Source: an uncultured virus (IMG/VR IMGVR_UViG_3300020454_000007) | Lineage: Duplodnaviria; Heunggongvirae; Uroviricota; Caudoviricetes | Virus record (IMG/VR): IMGVR_UViG_3300020454_000007 | Length of the DNA stretch: 64,000 nucleotides | Strand: one strand, 5' to 3' | Shown here: positions 47,756-57,412 of the stretch, piece after piece | Layout of the letters: each line of letters starts with the position of its first letter | How positions within the stretch are numbered: position 1 is the first letter of the stretch | Notes under the pieces: generated by a model | Database searches by the model: none | The model's input: only the letters and a program-made list of their open reading frames with translations | Told to the model about the DNA's origin: nothing | Translations under genes and position numbers: made by a program

Positions 47756-47983
47756 ATGTTTTTTACACCAGAAGATTTTAAACTTCCAATGGAGACTTCC
47801 CTCCGTTTGCGAGTGATCAACGATGAGATTGAAGGGTGCAATAATGCTGATCTGTTAAAAGAGCATCTCAAGGATTGTGTACGCATGACAATGCAGTATC
47901 AGCATATGCTTGAGAAAGTTATTGAGAGAACTATCGTCAAAGACTTAGATGATTGGATTAATAAGGTAGAAGCTGCTAGCTAA
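47756..47983 (+). CDS. NblA-like phycobilisome degradation protein (tentative)
   Basis: 75 aa two-helix protein; LPMETSLRLRVINDEIEG...LLKEHLKDCVRMTM resembles the NblA LSLEQQFxLR...KxxLxxLxxQMM pattern. Confidence 0.5.
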   Translation: MFFTPEDFKLPMETSLRLRVINDEIEGCNNADLLKEHLKDCVRMTMQYQHMLEKVIERTIVKDLDDWINKVEAAS

Positions 47984-48013
47984 AATATATAAAGATGTAG
48001 TTGTGGGTCGTAA

Positions 48014-48544
48014 ATGCCAGCTCTTGGTGATGTTAAAACTTTGCATGGACGGCAATACGTTTACGTAAACCCGGACCAAGCAGTCGGACCCGCCGTTTGG
48101 GTATTGTCCTCGCGTGATCTGTCAGCCGCAGCTGCTGGCGACGATGCAACAATCGCAGCAGGTTCTGCCACGCTTGACGCGAGCAGTTCTGCAGTTCTGC
48201 GCGGTCAGCTTGTAGCATTTACCGCTACCGGAACATTAACCGCTGCTGTTGCTTCCTCGATAACAACTGGTCAACCTGTCGGGGTCGCACTTAATGGTAC
48301 TAACCCTGGTCAAGTTTGTACGTTTACTAATAACATAAATCTAGACTTGAGTAATGCAGCAGTCATTACTGATGCCGGGGCAGCGCTAACGCCAGGTGAT
48401 GTTTATTACCTCAGTGCAACCAACCCTGGTAACTGGACTGCCACGCCAGACACAACCACTGCAGGTGCAGTCATCATCCAGTGCGGAGTGGCTCTTGCGG
48501 CTAACTCAATGCACATTGAAATCCAAACCGCAACCGTAGTCTGA
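48014..48544 (+). CDS. Putative structural (fibre/decoration) protein
   Basis: Ala/Thr-rich; LTPGDVYYLSATNPG motif. Confidence 0.6.
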   Translation: MPALGDVKTLHGRQYVYVNPDQAVGPAVWVLSSRDLSAAAAGDDATIAAGSATLDASSSAVLRGQLVAFTATGTLTAAVASSITTGQPVGVALNGTNPGQVCTFTNNINLDLSNAAVITDAGAALTPGDVYYLSATNPGNWTATPDTTTAGAVIIQCGVALAANSMHIEIQTATVV

Positions 48545-50160
48545 TGGCGAACCGTAACTTACTCGTACAGAATCCTGCTGGATATCAGGAGAAACTGCAA
48601 GCCGCAGACACTCTAATAGTTCCAGGTTTAGTAACGTTCGAGAATGATGTTACTTTTACAAGCTCCAACGCAACGGCGTTTGGTGCCATCACTGGAACTA
48701 CTGGATTATTCTCAGGCAACCTCACTGTAGATTCCAATACAGGTGATAGCATAAGCATTGTTTTAGATACGAACGGAAATATCACACTGTCAGGGTTGCT
48801 GACTACAACAACTCTGAAGATTGGCACTTCCTCCACTATGGACGGTGTGCTGGATGAAGACGACTTGACTTCAGATAGTGACACGCATTTAGCAACGCAG
48901 CAGTCAATCAAAGCTTATGTCGATGCTATTGAGACGAATTTTACGATCGCTGGTGATGTCGGGACAGACGCTTTCACCACAGGTGAAACTCTCACTTTTG
49001 CTGGCACTGCCAATGAACTTGAAGCAGTAATCACAAACAATACAGTTACTTACAAGCTGGTAAGCGATGTCACTATCGACAACAATTTAACGGTCGCTAA
49101 CAACCTTAGAGTTGATGGGACATTTAGGTTTGATTCTGCTGGCAATGCTGTAGATAGCATCCTTAATGAAAACGACCTTACCAGTGACAGCGCTTCCTCA
49201 CTGGCAACTCAAAGTTCAATCAAGGCATACGTTGATAACTTTGCTACTGGCACGTCATCCACAAACCTTTCGTATACATCAGGCACTAGAGAACTTGCCT
49301 CAAGTACAGGTAGCAACGTTACGCTGCCTGAAGTAGTTGACAGTGGTGATAGTGGTTTGATGACCGGCGCACAGTCTGCCAAGCTGACTGGAATTGAAAC
49401 TGGAGCTACTGCAGATCAGACAGGTGCTGAGATTAAAACTGCCTATGAAGGAGAAGCAGATACAAATGCATTTACAGATGCAGAGAAAACAAAGCTCGCT
49501 GGCATTGATGCTGGTGCAGAAGTAAACACTGTAACTAGCGTCAACGGACAAACAGGTGCAGTTAGCTTGAGTCTGGTCGGTGTTACTAACTTGAGCTACA
49601 CAGCTTCAACACGTGAGCTGGCTAGCAGCACTGGCAGTAATACAACCTTGCCAGAAGTAGCTGCCGGTGGTGACTCAGGTTTAATGACCGGAGCCGATAA
49701 AACAAAGCTAGACGGTATCGAAGCAGCAGCTACTGCTGATCAGACGGACGCTGAGATTAAAACTGCATACGAAAATAACAGCAACACTAATGCACTGACA
49801 GATGCTCTGCTTACTAAGCTCAACGGTATTGATGCAGGTGCAGAAGTCAATACTGTTACGAGTGTTAATGGGGACACTGGAGCCGTCACAGTTAACGGGA
49901 CAACCAATCTCAGCTACACCGCTGGCACTCGTGAGTTAGCTAGCTCTTCAGGAACTAATGTCACTTTGCCTCTAGTTGTCGCCAGTGGTGATGCTGGTTT
50001 GATGAGTGGAGCGCAGGCTGCCTCGTTAGCGTCTTTTGATCTTGGTTTTGATGGGGGAAGTTTTGATGAAGTAGTCACCGTTGATGCCGGTAACTTCACT
50101 GCAGGCACTTCGGCGCTAACGATTACCTCGTCTACAGAATATGACGGCGGAGCTTTCTAA
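48544..50160 (+). CDS. Fibre protein with internal repeats
   Basis: Two DEDDLTSDS...ATQQSIKAYVD units and repeated TNLSYT...GLMTG...ATADQT...AYE modules. Confidence 0.75.
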   Translation: MANRNLLVQNPAGYQEKLQAADTLIVPGLVTFENDVTFTSSNATAFGAITGTTGLFSGNLTVDSNTGDSISIVLDTNGNITLSGLLTTTTLKIGTSSTMDGVLDEDDLTSDSDTHLATQQSIKAYVDAIETNFTIAGDVGTDAFTTGETLTFAGTANELEAVITNNTVTYKLVSDVTIDNNLTVANNLRVDGTFRFDSAGNAVDSILNENDLTSDSASSLATQSSIKAYVDNFATGTSSTNLSYTSGTRELASSTGSNVTLPEVVDSGDSGLMTGAQSAKLTGIETGATADQTGAEIKTAYEGEADTNAFTDAEKTKLAGIDAGAEVNTVTSVNGQTGAVSLSLVGVTNLSYTASTRELASSTGSNTTLPEVAAGGDSGLMTGADKTKLDGIEAAATADQTDAEIKTAYENNSNTNALTDALLTKLNGIDAGAEVNTVTSVNGDTGAVTVNGTTNLSYTAGTRELASSSGTNVTLPLVVASGDAGLMSGAQAASLASFDLGFDGGSFDEVVTVDAGNFTAGTSALTITSSTEYDGGAF

Positions 50161-50199
50161 TAGACTAAAATATAAATAACATACAAGGCCGAAGAAGAA

Positions 50200-51483
50200 A
50201 TGCCTACCCCTTCAAATAGAACTCCTATCCGAGTTGGTCGCGGAACTAAGTCGGCGCTGACGTCTTCTCTGAGCGATTTAAAAGAGGGTGAAATTGTATA
50301 TGCAACTGACGAGAATCAGCTATACATCATAGAAGGTGGTGCCCTTACTGCGGGTGAGGCAGTCACCAACCTTACGTACACAGCTGGCACTAGAGTAATT
50401 GCCAATACTGCGGGTACTGATGTCACTCTGCCTGAAGTAGCCGCAGGTGGTGACTCTGGTTTGATGACTGGAGCAGATAAAACAAAGATTGATGGCATTG
50501 AAGCAAGTGCTACTGCCGATCAGACTGGTGCTGAGATTAAGTCTGCTTACGAGGGTGAGTCTGACACGAATGCTTTCACAGATGCTGAGCAGACTAAGCT
50601 GTCTGCCCTTCCAACTAATGCAAGTCTGACGACCACGCTGGCTGCTAAGGCTGATCTTTCAGGCGGCAAGCTTTCAGTATCCCAGGTGCCTGATCTGGCT
50701 ATTAGCGAGTTTAAAGGTGCTGTTGCCAATCAGAGTGCAATGCTCGCCATCACGGGTGAAAAAGGCGACTGGGTGACCCGTAACGACGACGGTAAGGTTT
50801 ATCTAATCACTGGTGATGACCCAACCAGTGCTAGTGATTGGACTGCTCTTAGTTATCCCGTTCAAGACGTAGCCGGTGCAACCCTTGGCACCTTTACTGG
50901 TTCAACTATTTCTGATAACGGCACGCTTGCAGCTGGCTTGCAAGAACTTGAGACTGCAGTTGAGACTAAAGCCAGTAACAGTATCTACGCTGATACCGGA
51001 ATCACAGCAAACACAGGTTTGCTGATGAACACTACGTTCTTTGAAGACATTGCTATTGATGGCACAACAGACAGCTTCGCTTCTTCAAGTGATGTCAACT
51101 TAAACACAGGTAACGTTCATCTATACACAGACGTTGAGACCGCTACCGCTTTAAACACTGTCAACTTTCGTTGGGATGGTTCAACAACCCTGGCTAGCAA
51201 GATGAGTGTTTCTCAAGCTTGCAGCGTGACAGTTATTGCTGCATCATCTGGAGACACAACTCGTGCTCCGTCCACATTCTCTGCTGTTCAAATTGATGGT
51301 AGTGCAACTAACGTTACTTTAATCTGGCAAGGGAATGCTATTCCTGAAGATACTCCAGGAGGCCAAACTTCTTCTGATAACAAAGACCATCACGTCTACA
51401 CTTTTACTATCATTAAAACAGCAAGCACTCCGGCATACGTAGTTTTAGCCTCAGTTGTTCGCTTTGGATTAGTACCTGATTAA
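50200..51483 (+). CDS. Fibre protein
   Basis: N-terminal LKEGEIVYATD, shared repeat module, C-terminal domain ending DHHVYTFTIIKTA. Confidence 0.75.
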   Translation: MPTPSNRTPIRVGRGTKSALTSSLSDLKEGEIVYATDENQLYIIEGGALTAGEAVTNLTYTAGTRVIANTAGTDVTLPEVAAGGDSGLMTGADKTKIDGIEASATADQTGAEIKSAYEGESDTNAFTDAEQTKLSALPTNASLTTTLAAKADLSGGKLSVSQVPDLAISEFKGAVANQSAMLAITGEKGDWVTRNDDGKVYLITGDDPTSASDWTALSYPVQDVAGATLGTFTGSTISDNGTLAAGLQELETAVETKASNSIYADTGITANTGLLMNTTFFEDIAIDGTTDSFASSSDVNLNTGNVHLYTDVETATALNTVNFRWDGSTTLASKMSVSQACSVTVIAASSGDTTRAPSTFSAVQIDGSATNVTLIWQGNAIPEDTPGGQTSSDNKDHHVYTFTIIKTASTPAYVVLASVVRFGLVPD

Positions 51484-51491
51484 TAAGTAAA

Positions 51492-52691
51492 ATGAAAATC
51501 TCTTTAATGGGCGCTGGCGGCGGAATTAGTAGTAATAATGTTACGGCAGGTGCTGGGGGAGGTGGTGAGTTTATCCCCGAATATCCGGCAGGTAGATCTC
51601 AACCAACGCTTTACACTAACTACACTGATGGCAACGACTTGTCAGCTATCAGCCCTGCCCTACTCAATGGAACAACTGAGCACGTTTTAAGCACTAGTGA
51701 CAGCATCGGTGCTCAGTTCTCTCCTGGTACTGAGTACACGTTTACTGCCGGTACTTACACATTAATTGAAGTGGAGCTGGATGGCGCTGGTGGTGCTGGA
51801 GGAAACAGCGGAGGCGGGAGTAACCAACAAAGCGGCGGTGCCGGTGGAGATGGAGGAACAATTAAAGTTCAGTATTACCTAGAGAAAGGAGTTCAATATA
51901 AAATTAAGCTTGGCCGTCCTGGCACAACCAGTAACAGCACAGGATCATCAAGCGCCGGAAATGGCGGAACAGATGACCTTGGCGAAGCAAACACTTCCAG
52001 CCAAGTTGGTGGACAGGGTGGAGAGCTTTCGTACATCAAAAGAGATGGAAACTATTATGTGGCAGCTGGTGGCGGTGGTGGTGGAGCGGCGTCTTATCAG
52101 TGGAAATCTAACGCTGGAGGTTGGACCACACCTTCCATCATGCATCCGGCAGTTGCCGCCAAAGGTGGCGACGGCGGTTGTGATGCTTTGACTGCTGCCA
52201 GTGGCAATGGGACAGGCAACGGCACTGGACAGAACGGCAGGAACACGCGATATGGAGTTAGTACAACTAATGGCCTTAATCCATCCTATGGATCTGGTGA
52301 AGGCGGCAAGACATCAACAGCAAGCAAGGGATCGTTCGATGACACCAGGGGTATCGGCTTCGACGATTTGTCAGGCTCAGCCAGTAGCGGCATTAACGGC
52401 GGTAATGGAGGCCCTTGGTACTTCGATACTGGAGGCGGTGGCGGCGGTGGTTCAGGCTGGTCAGGTTTCCAGGGAGAAGGCGGTGCTGTTCACGGTGGTG
52501 GCGGTGGTGGTGCTGGTGGAGCGGATCTTGCAGGCACGATTCAAACCGCACAAGGCGGAGGTGGCGGTGGGGCCAACGGTATTGACCCTGATTTCGTGAC
52601 GCTTGTTACTACAGCTGCTGGCGGTGGTGGTGCGGGCGGTGCTTATAACTCAAACGGAACTAACGGTTCGATCACTATTGGGAGGGCTTAA
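51492..52691 (+). CDS. Glycine-rich fibre-tip/adhesin-like protein
   Basis: Many GGGGG tracts and GAGGAGG motifs. Confidence 0.75.
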   Translation: MKISLMGAGGGISSNNVTAGAGGGGEFIPEYPAGRSQPTLYTNYTDGNDLSAISPALLNGTTEHVLSTSDSIGAQFSPGTEYTFTAGTYTLIEVELDGAGGAGGNSGGGSNQQSGGAGGDGGTIKVQYYLEKGVQYKIKLGRPGTTSNSTGSSSAGNGGTDDLGEANTSSQVGGQGGELSYIKRDGNYYVAAGGGGGGAASYQWKSNAGGWTTPSIMHPAVAAKGGDGGCDALTAASGNGTGNGTGQNGRNTRYGVSTTNGLNPSYGSGEGGKTSTASKGSFDDTRGIGFDDLSGSASSGINGGNGGPWYFDTGGGGGGGSGWSGFQGEGGAVHGGGGGGAGGADLAGTIQTAQGGGGGGANGIDPDFVTLVTTAAGGGGAGGAYNSNGTNGSITIGRA

Positions 52692-53134
52692 TGAAAAGCC
52701 TCATGTCCCTAGGTGGAGGTATTTCTGGTCACGATGTTATTGCGGGATCTATGTCTGGCGGCGCGGCGATCCCGCTTGTTCAACAAAACTGGACTTCCTT
52801 GCTAAGTGCTAACAATGGGTTCTTAGATGCTGCATCGGGCGGGTTCGATAACAACGAATCTACACGGGCTTCAAACAATGCAAACGGCAGTGGTTGGTTA
52901 AGACTCGACGCCACGTTTAGCTATGGCCAAAAGCTAGAGGTCTCGACCGGCGTCTTGAATCTTGTCTACGTCAATAATGTTCTCATAGGTCAGTCAACGG
53001 CTGATCCTTCTTATGTGGTGACCGAGGGCAGTGGCACGGTGACCAAAATTCAGATCTTCAGTCACAACGCGGTTGGATACAGGGCAGACCTTTACAACAT
53101 CAAGTCTGATGACCAATCGTTGATTACTCCCTGA
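52691..53134 (+). CDS. Short fibre-associated protein
   Basis: N-terminus MKSLMSLGGGISG nearly matches MKISLMGAGGGISS of the preceding gene. Confidence 0.65.
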   Translation: MKSLMSLGGGISGHDVIAGSMSGGAAIPLVQQNWTSLLSANNGFLDAASGGFDNNESTRASNNANGSGWLRLDATFSYGQKLEVSTGVLNLVYVNNVLIGQSTADPSYVVTEGSGTVTKIQIFSHNAVGYRADLYNIKSDDQSLITP

Positions 53135-53339
53135 TCGGAAAGCTAGGGGCAGCCTGAGTTCTGCCCCGTGTCTGACGCTAAAAAGCTAGATCAGCGGCAG
53201 CTAGAATGGAATAACCAGCTTGCAGCATTAGAAGAAAAAAATACACAGCAGATCAAGCGCGCGATGATCAACAGCATCGGTGCAACTCTGTTGGTAATGC
53301 TGGATCCCACGGCTCGATCACTATTGGCAAGGTTTAATC

Positions 53340-54050
53340 GTGAGTTATTCAGTATTAGAAATTGGCAAAACTGGGCCAGAAGGGCGCATTGGCTCAGGCA
53401 CTGGTTATCACATTGATAGTAAGTACAACAGAAACTTAGGCTTCGGAGACATTGTCAGTCGCTTTGACACAAAGGCTGCTGCTTATGCTAAAGATGGACG
53501 TAAGATTGTCTTTTCTAATCCCGGCGTTGCTGGTTTAGTTTATGACCCGTCTGCTTCTACAGAGGACAAGATAAATCTGCTTAAGCGTGCAAATGACGCG
53601 CACAGTCATAGCGTGCACAATGACTTTTTCTCATTTGATTACTACGCTCCAATTGGAGACGATCGCTACCACAAAAGTGCAGAAGGTGCTCCGATTTATA
53701 TCGTAGGCGCTGAAGGTATGAAAGCTGGTGGAGATACAGGTGGTGGTTACGGTAACTTCGCTTATGTCGATGGCTCTGATGGCAGCACAATAACTAAAGT
53801 AGGGCACGGTGATGATAGCTTGCCAGTCTTTGCAGGGGGCACATTCGGTAGTCTTGCGGGCGGTGAATTACCTACAGGAGATAAGCCAGATCCCGCACCT
53901 CCTAATCAAATAGAGGCAATGGATAGAGCTAAGGCTTACTCAGATATGTCGAAGGCTGAGATGGATGCCGCTTACGATAAAATTAGAAGTGACCCAAGTG
54001 CTGCAGCAGAAGGGATGAAAATGCATAAAGCGTTCTTCGGTAAAAGGTAA
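53340..54050 (+). CDS. Hypothetical protein, possible M23-peptidase-related fold
   Basis: GTGYHID, HSH...FDY, GGGYGN...VGH motifs in unusual order. Confidence 0.5.
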   Translation: MSYSVLEIGKTGPEGRIGSGTGYHIDSKYNRNLGFGDIVSRFDTKAAAYAKDGRKIVFSNPGVAGLVYDPSASTEDKINLLKRANDAHSHSVHNDFFSFDYYAPIGDDRYHKSAEGAPIYIVGAEGMKAGGDTGGGYGNFAYVDGSDGSTITKVGHGDDSLPVFAGGTFGSLAGGELPTGDKPDPAPPNQIEAMDRAKAYSDMSKAEMDAAYDKIRSDPSAAAEGMKMHKAFFGKR

Positions 54051-54373
54051 TGGCAGATCGCAAAATGGCTAAGCGTAAAGCCGCAATGGCTAAGCGCAAA
54101 GGCAGCATGAAAGGCCACACCATCAGTGGTGGACAGAAACGTCCTACTAAGAAAGGTGCTGGTATGACTAAAGCAGGAGTTAGGAAGTATCGCAGAGATA
54201 ACCCAGGCTCCAAACTCAAGACTGCTGTTACTGAAGAAAAGCCCACTGGTGCGCGTAAAAAGCGTCAGTCGTCCTACTGCGCTCGTAGCGCAGGGCAGAT
54301 GAAGAAGTTCCCTAAAGCAGCTAAAGATCCCAACAGCCGTCTCCGTCAGGCACGTAAGAGGTGGAAATGTTGA
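54050..54373 (+). CDS. Small basic protein
   Basis: GAGMTKAGVRKYRRDNPGSKLK...SYCARS...DPNSRLRQARKRWKC. Confidence 0.75.
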   Translation: MADRKMAKRKAAMAKRKGSMKGHTISGGQKRPTKKGAGMTKAGVRKYRRDNPGSKLKTAVTEEKPTGARKKRQSSYCARSAGQMKKFPKAAKDPNSRLRQARKRWKC

Positions 54374-54519
54374 GAATGGCAGGCGACGTAATGCCTGCTG
54401 GATTTCTACCCAAAGCTGATTTGATTGGAGAAGGTTGTGAGAAAAGGCCAGTCGACCAATATCCGGCTCCTGTTAAACCAACGATGCAAGCAGCAACTGG
54501 AGTGCTGATGCCGCGATGA
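54367..54519 (+). CDS. Small hypothetical protein (50 aa)
   Basis: Manually found MLRMAGDVMPAGFLPK...; overlaps both neighbours (ATGA at the end). Confidence 0.6.
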   Translation: MLRMAGDVMPAGFLPKADLIGEGCEKRPVDQYPAPVKPTMQAATGVLMPR

Positions 54520-54743
54520 AAAGAAAAAAAGCCAAGAGTTTTGCGAAAGCATTTAAGAAAATGTCCCACCGTAAAAAAGGTGGAACTAAAGGGACATTCA
54601 CTGCTGCTGCAACAAAAGCAGGCCACGCTGATACTCCAGCAGGGCGCAAAGCTTATGCGAATAAGGTTCTAAAAGATCCTAATGCAACCACTAAAATGAA
54701 GAGGAAGGCTACCTTCTATAAGAACATTATCAATAAAGACTAA
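54516..54743 (+). CDS. Small basic protein
   Basis: KGTFTAAATKAG...YANKVLK...KRKATFYKN. Confidence 0.7.
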   Translation: MKRKKAKSFAKAFKKMSHRKKGGTKGTFTAAATKAGHADTPAGRKAYANKVLKDPNATTKMKRKATFYKNIINKD

Positions 54744-54940
54744 TGGCTGAAAAGAAGAAAAAGTCTAGAGTCAATGAATCCGGCTGCTACACCAAGCCAG
54801 GGATGCGGAAGGGCTTGTTCAATAGCATCAAAGCTGGTAGCAAAGGTGGTAAGCCTGGTCAGTGGTCTGCACGTAAAGCACAACTGCTGGCTAATCGCTA
54901 CAAGAAAAATGGTGGTGGCTACAAGAAAGGTTGTAGCTGA
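54743..54940 (+). CDS. Small basic protein (DUF5872-like N-terminal half)
   Basis: YTKPGMRK...IKAGSKGGKPGQWSARKAQLLA...YKKNGGGY. Confidence 0.7.
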   Translation: MAEKKKKSRVNESGCYTKPGMRKGLFNSIKAGSKGGKPGQWSARKAQLLANRYKKNGGGYKKGCS

Positions 54941-55191
54941 TGGCTAAGCATAAGACTCAAAAGTCCTTAGATAAATGGACAAAAGAGGATTGGGGAACTA
55001 AGTCAGGAAAAAATAGCACCCAAGGTAAAGGCGCTACTGGTGAACGTTATCTTCCTAAAAAAGCTCGTGAAGCCCTGTCTGATAAAGAATATGCAAGGAG
55101 CACAGCTAAGAAGCGTGCTGCTATTCGTAAGGGCAAACAATTTAGCAAACAGCCTGATGATGTGGCTAAGAAGACTGCACGTTATCGATAG
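54940..55191 (+). CDS. Small basic protein (DUF5872-like C-terminal half)
   Basis: QKSLDKWTKEDWGTKSG...ERYLPKKAREALS...KGKQFSKQP. Confidence 0.7.
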   Translation: MAKHKTQKSLDKWTKEDWGTKSGKNSTQGKGATGERYLPKKAREALSDKEYARSTAKKRAAIRKGKQFSKQPDDVAKKTARYR

Positions 55192-55234
55192 AATAAACGG
55201 AGGGTTATTACTCGTCGTTTAGAGCTTATTAGCA

Positions 55235-57412
55235 ATGAAGATTCAGTTAAAGCGCAGTAGCGTATTAGAACTTGGTAAGGCCAAGCCGCCTAGTTCTAAT
55301 CAAATGGAATATGGCGAGATTGCGCTTAACTTTGAATCTACTGACCCAACGCTGTTCTACAAAGATAGTACTAACGCAATTCGGGACGTAAGGCTAAGCT
55401 TGCTGCCGGATATGGATAACGCTGCAGCACAGTCGGGCACCCTGGATGATCGTTATTTATTAGAAAGCGGAGGTACAGTTAGTGGGAATATTCAAGCTAC
55501 CCAGTTTGTGGGTGGTGTTGTTCGGATTTCTAACACCCCTCCTACCGCTGTTGCTGCAGGCGAGCTTTGGTATAACAGCGACGATGGCCGTACCTATATC
55601 TATTATTCTGATGCTGATAGTAGTCAGTGGGTCGATATGGCTCCTGACACTTTTGAGCTGACACAAAATCATTACACGAAAACACAATCGGATGCACGTT
55701 ATATACAAATTGCAGGTGACACTGTTACTGGAACTATTAGCTTTACCAACGGCACTAGCGCTGCTGCATTTAGCGGCCCCGTCAACTTTGATTCCGCTAA
55801 CACTACGTTCGGTGCTGCTGACTTCTCTAGTAATAGCGTTCGCATTAATCCCACTAATGGTAGTGTCGAATCCAGAGTGGCTTCTGCAAGCGATAGCTCT
55901 TTCGTCACATACCTAAATGGAAGTCAAGCATCTAATATCACTAGCATTATCAAGGGCAGTGGCGAAGGATGTTTCCGGGACAAAGTAATTGCTGGTGACC
56001 CCAGTCTTACTTACGTAAATATGACAGCGACGGGAGAAACTGCATATTGGAATGGAAGTACATACTCTTACAAGTTGGAAGCTGACGGTGATCTAATACT
56101 TGAAGGAAATATCACCGCTGATATTCCAGCAGATACATCGACTAATGCCGACCTGCCTGTATTATTCCAGCTTGCTAACGGCTCTTTCGCTCAGTCAACA
56201 GGTCTCACCTTCAATCCATCTAATGACGAACTAAAAGTATCAGGAACTATTTCAGGTGTCGGTGGAGGTGGTGCACCAACTGACGGCGTATTCCAAGGTC
56301 CAGATGATGTTGCTATCCTTGAAAACCTTGATAACACAGGAACAACTCAATTCAAAGTAGATGAAGATGAGTTGAAGCTAATTACAAATAGTGCAACTCA
56401 ATTGACGGTCAGTGCTACAGGTGTATCTACATTCGCCAATGGCTTGACAGTCACGGGCACACTCGGTGCTTCTGCAGTTACATCCACAGGTACTATCACA
56501 GGTAACGCATTTAGTACTGTTGGAGACTTGGACGCGCAGGATGTAAATCTGAGCGGCATACTTACTGCAGGTGATGGAACTGCAAGTAGTTTGAATGACT
56601 ACGCAGTCAAAGCATACTCAAGTTCAGCAGCTGCAGGTGGCATCCTTTCACGTAACAACAATACAGGTAACGTATTTACTGGGCATAACTTCTCTGGGGC
56701 AACTACGTCAGCTATTAGTTCTGCTGGCAACCTGACAATTTCAGGAAACGTCAGTGCCGTTAATGGCACGTTTACCGGACCAGTCAGTGGAACTGACGGC
56801 ACATTCAGTGGCGATGTTACTGGCGCTTCGTTTGAAACTACCGGATATGCTCACGTTCTTGGTGGACCCGTTCAGTGTTATCAAACAAACGGGAACGCGC
56901 CAGTTTTTACTGCATCAAATCAGGCTGTTACCTTCAACACTTCTGGTATTACAACAAACTCGACTGTTGAGATCACAGCTGACGGTGACGCAGCTTTTTC
57001 AGGTACTGTATTTTGTAATGACATTCAGCCTACGCAACCTCTGCCTGTCTCTTCACTAGGTAACTTTGCAGATACAAGTCTATATACATTTGATAGTAGC
57101 GGTAACTTCACAGCTACAGGTAATGTCACTGCATTCTCTGATGTGAAACTTAAAAAGAATGTAGAAGTCATTCCAGATGCTTTGGATAAAGTTAGCCAAG
57201 TGCGTGGAGTTACTTTTGATCGTACTGACATAAAGACCCCACGTCAAACGGGTGTAATCGCCCAAGAGCTTGAGGCTGTGCTACCAGAAGCAGTAATTAC
57301 TGGCCCTGACGGCACGAAGGCAGTCGCTTACGGCAATGTCATTGGCTTACTAATTGAAGCAATTAAAGAGCTTCAATACGAAATCTACACAATCAAGACT
57401 GGAGGTTACTGA
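55235..57412 (+). CDS. Fibre protein with C-terminal peptidase S74 chaperone domain
   Basis: MKIQLKRS...YGEIALN N-terminus; GNVTAFSDVKLKKN...GVIAQELE...YGNVIGLLIEAIKEL. Confidence 0.85.
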   Translation: MKIQLKRSSVLELGKAKPPSSNQMEYGEIALNFESTDPTLFYKDSTNAIRDVRLSLLPDMDNAAAQSGTLDDRYLLESGGTVSGNIQATQFVGGVVRISNTPPTAVAAGELWYNSDDGRTYIYYSDADSSQWVDMAPDTFELTQNHYTKTQSDARYIQIAGDTVTGTISFTNGTSAAAFSGPVNFDSANTTFGAADFSSNSVRINPTNGSVESRVASASDSSFVTYLNGSQASNITSIIKGSGEGCFRDKVIAGDPSLTYVNMTATGETAYWNGSTYSYKLEADGDLILEGNITADIPADTSTNADLPVLFQLANGSFAQSTGLTFNPSNDELKVSGTISGVGGGGAPTDGVFQGPDDVAILENLDNTGTTQFKVDEDELKLITNSATQLTVSATGVSTFANGLTVTGTLGASAVTSTGTITGNAFSTVGDLDAQDVNLSGILTAGDGTASSLNDYAVKAYSSSAAAGGILSRNNNTGNVFTGHNFSGATTSAISSAGNLTISGNVSAVNGTFTGPVSGTDGTFSGDVTGASFETTGYAHVLGGPVQCYQTNGNAPVFTASNQAVTFNTSGITTNSTVEITADGDAAFSGTVFCNDIQPTQPLPVSSLGNFADTSLYTFDSSGNFTATGNVTAFSDVKLKKNVEVIPDALDKVSQVRGVTFDRTDIKTPRQTGVIAQELEAVLPEAVITGPDGTKAVAYGNVIGLLIEAIKELQYEIYTIKTGGY

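Noticed and set aside
53168..53416. 82 aa ORF
   Set aside because: Overlaps the next gene by 77 nt and starts at a hairpin edge; at most a remnant
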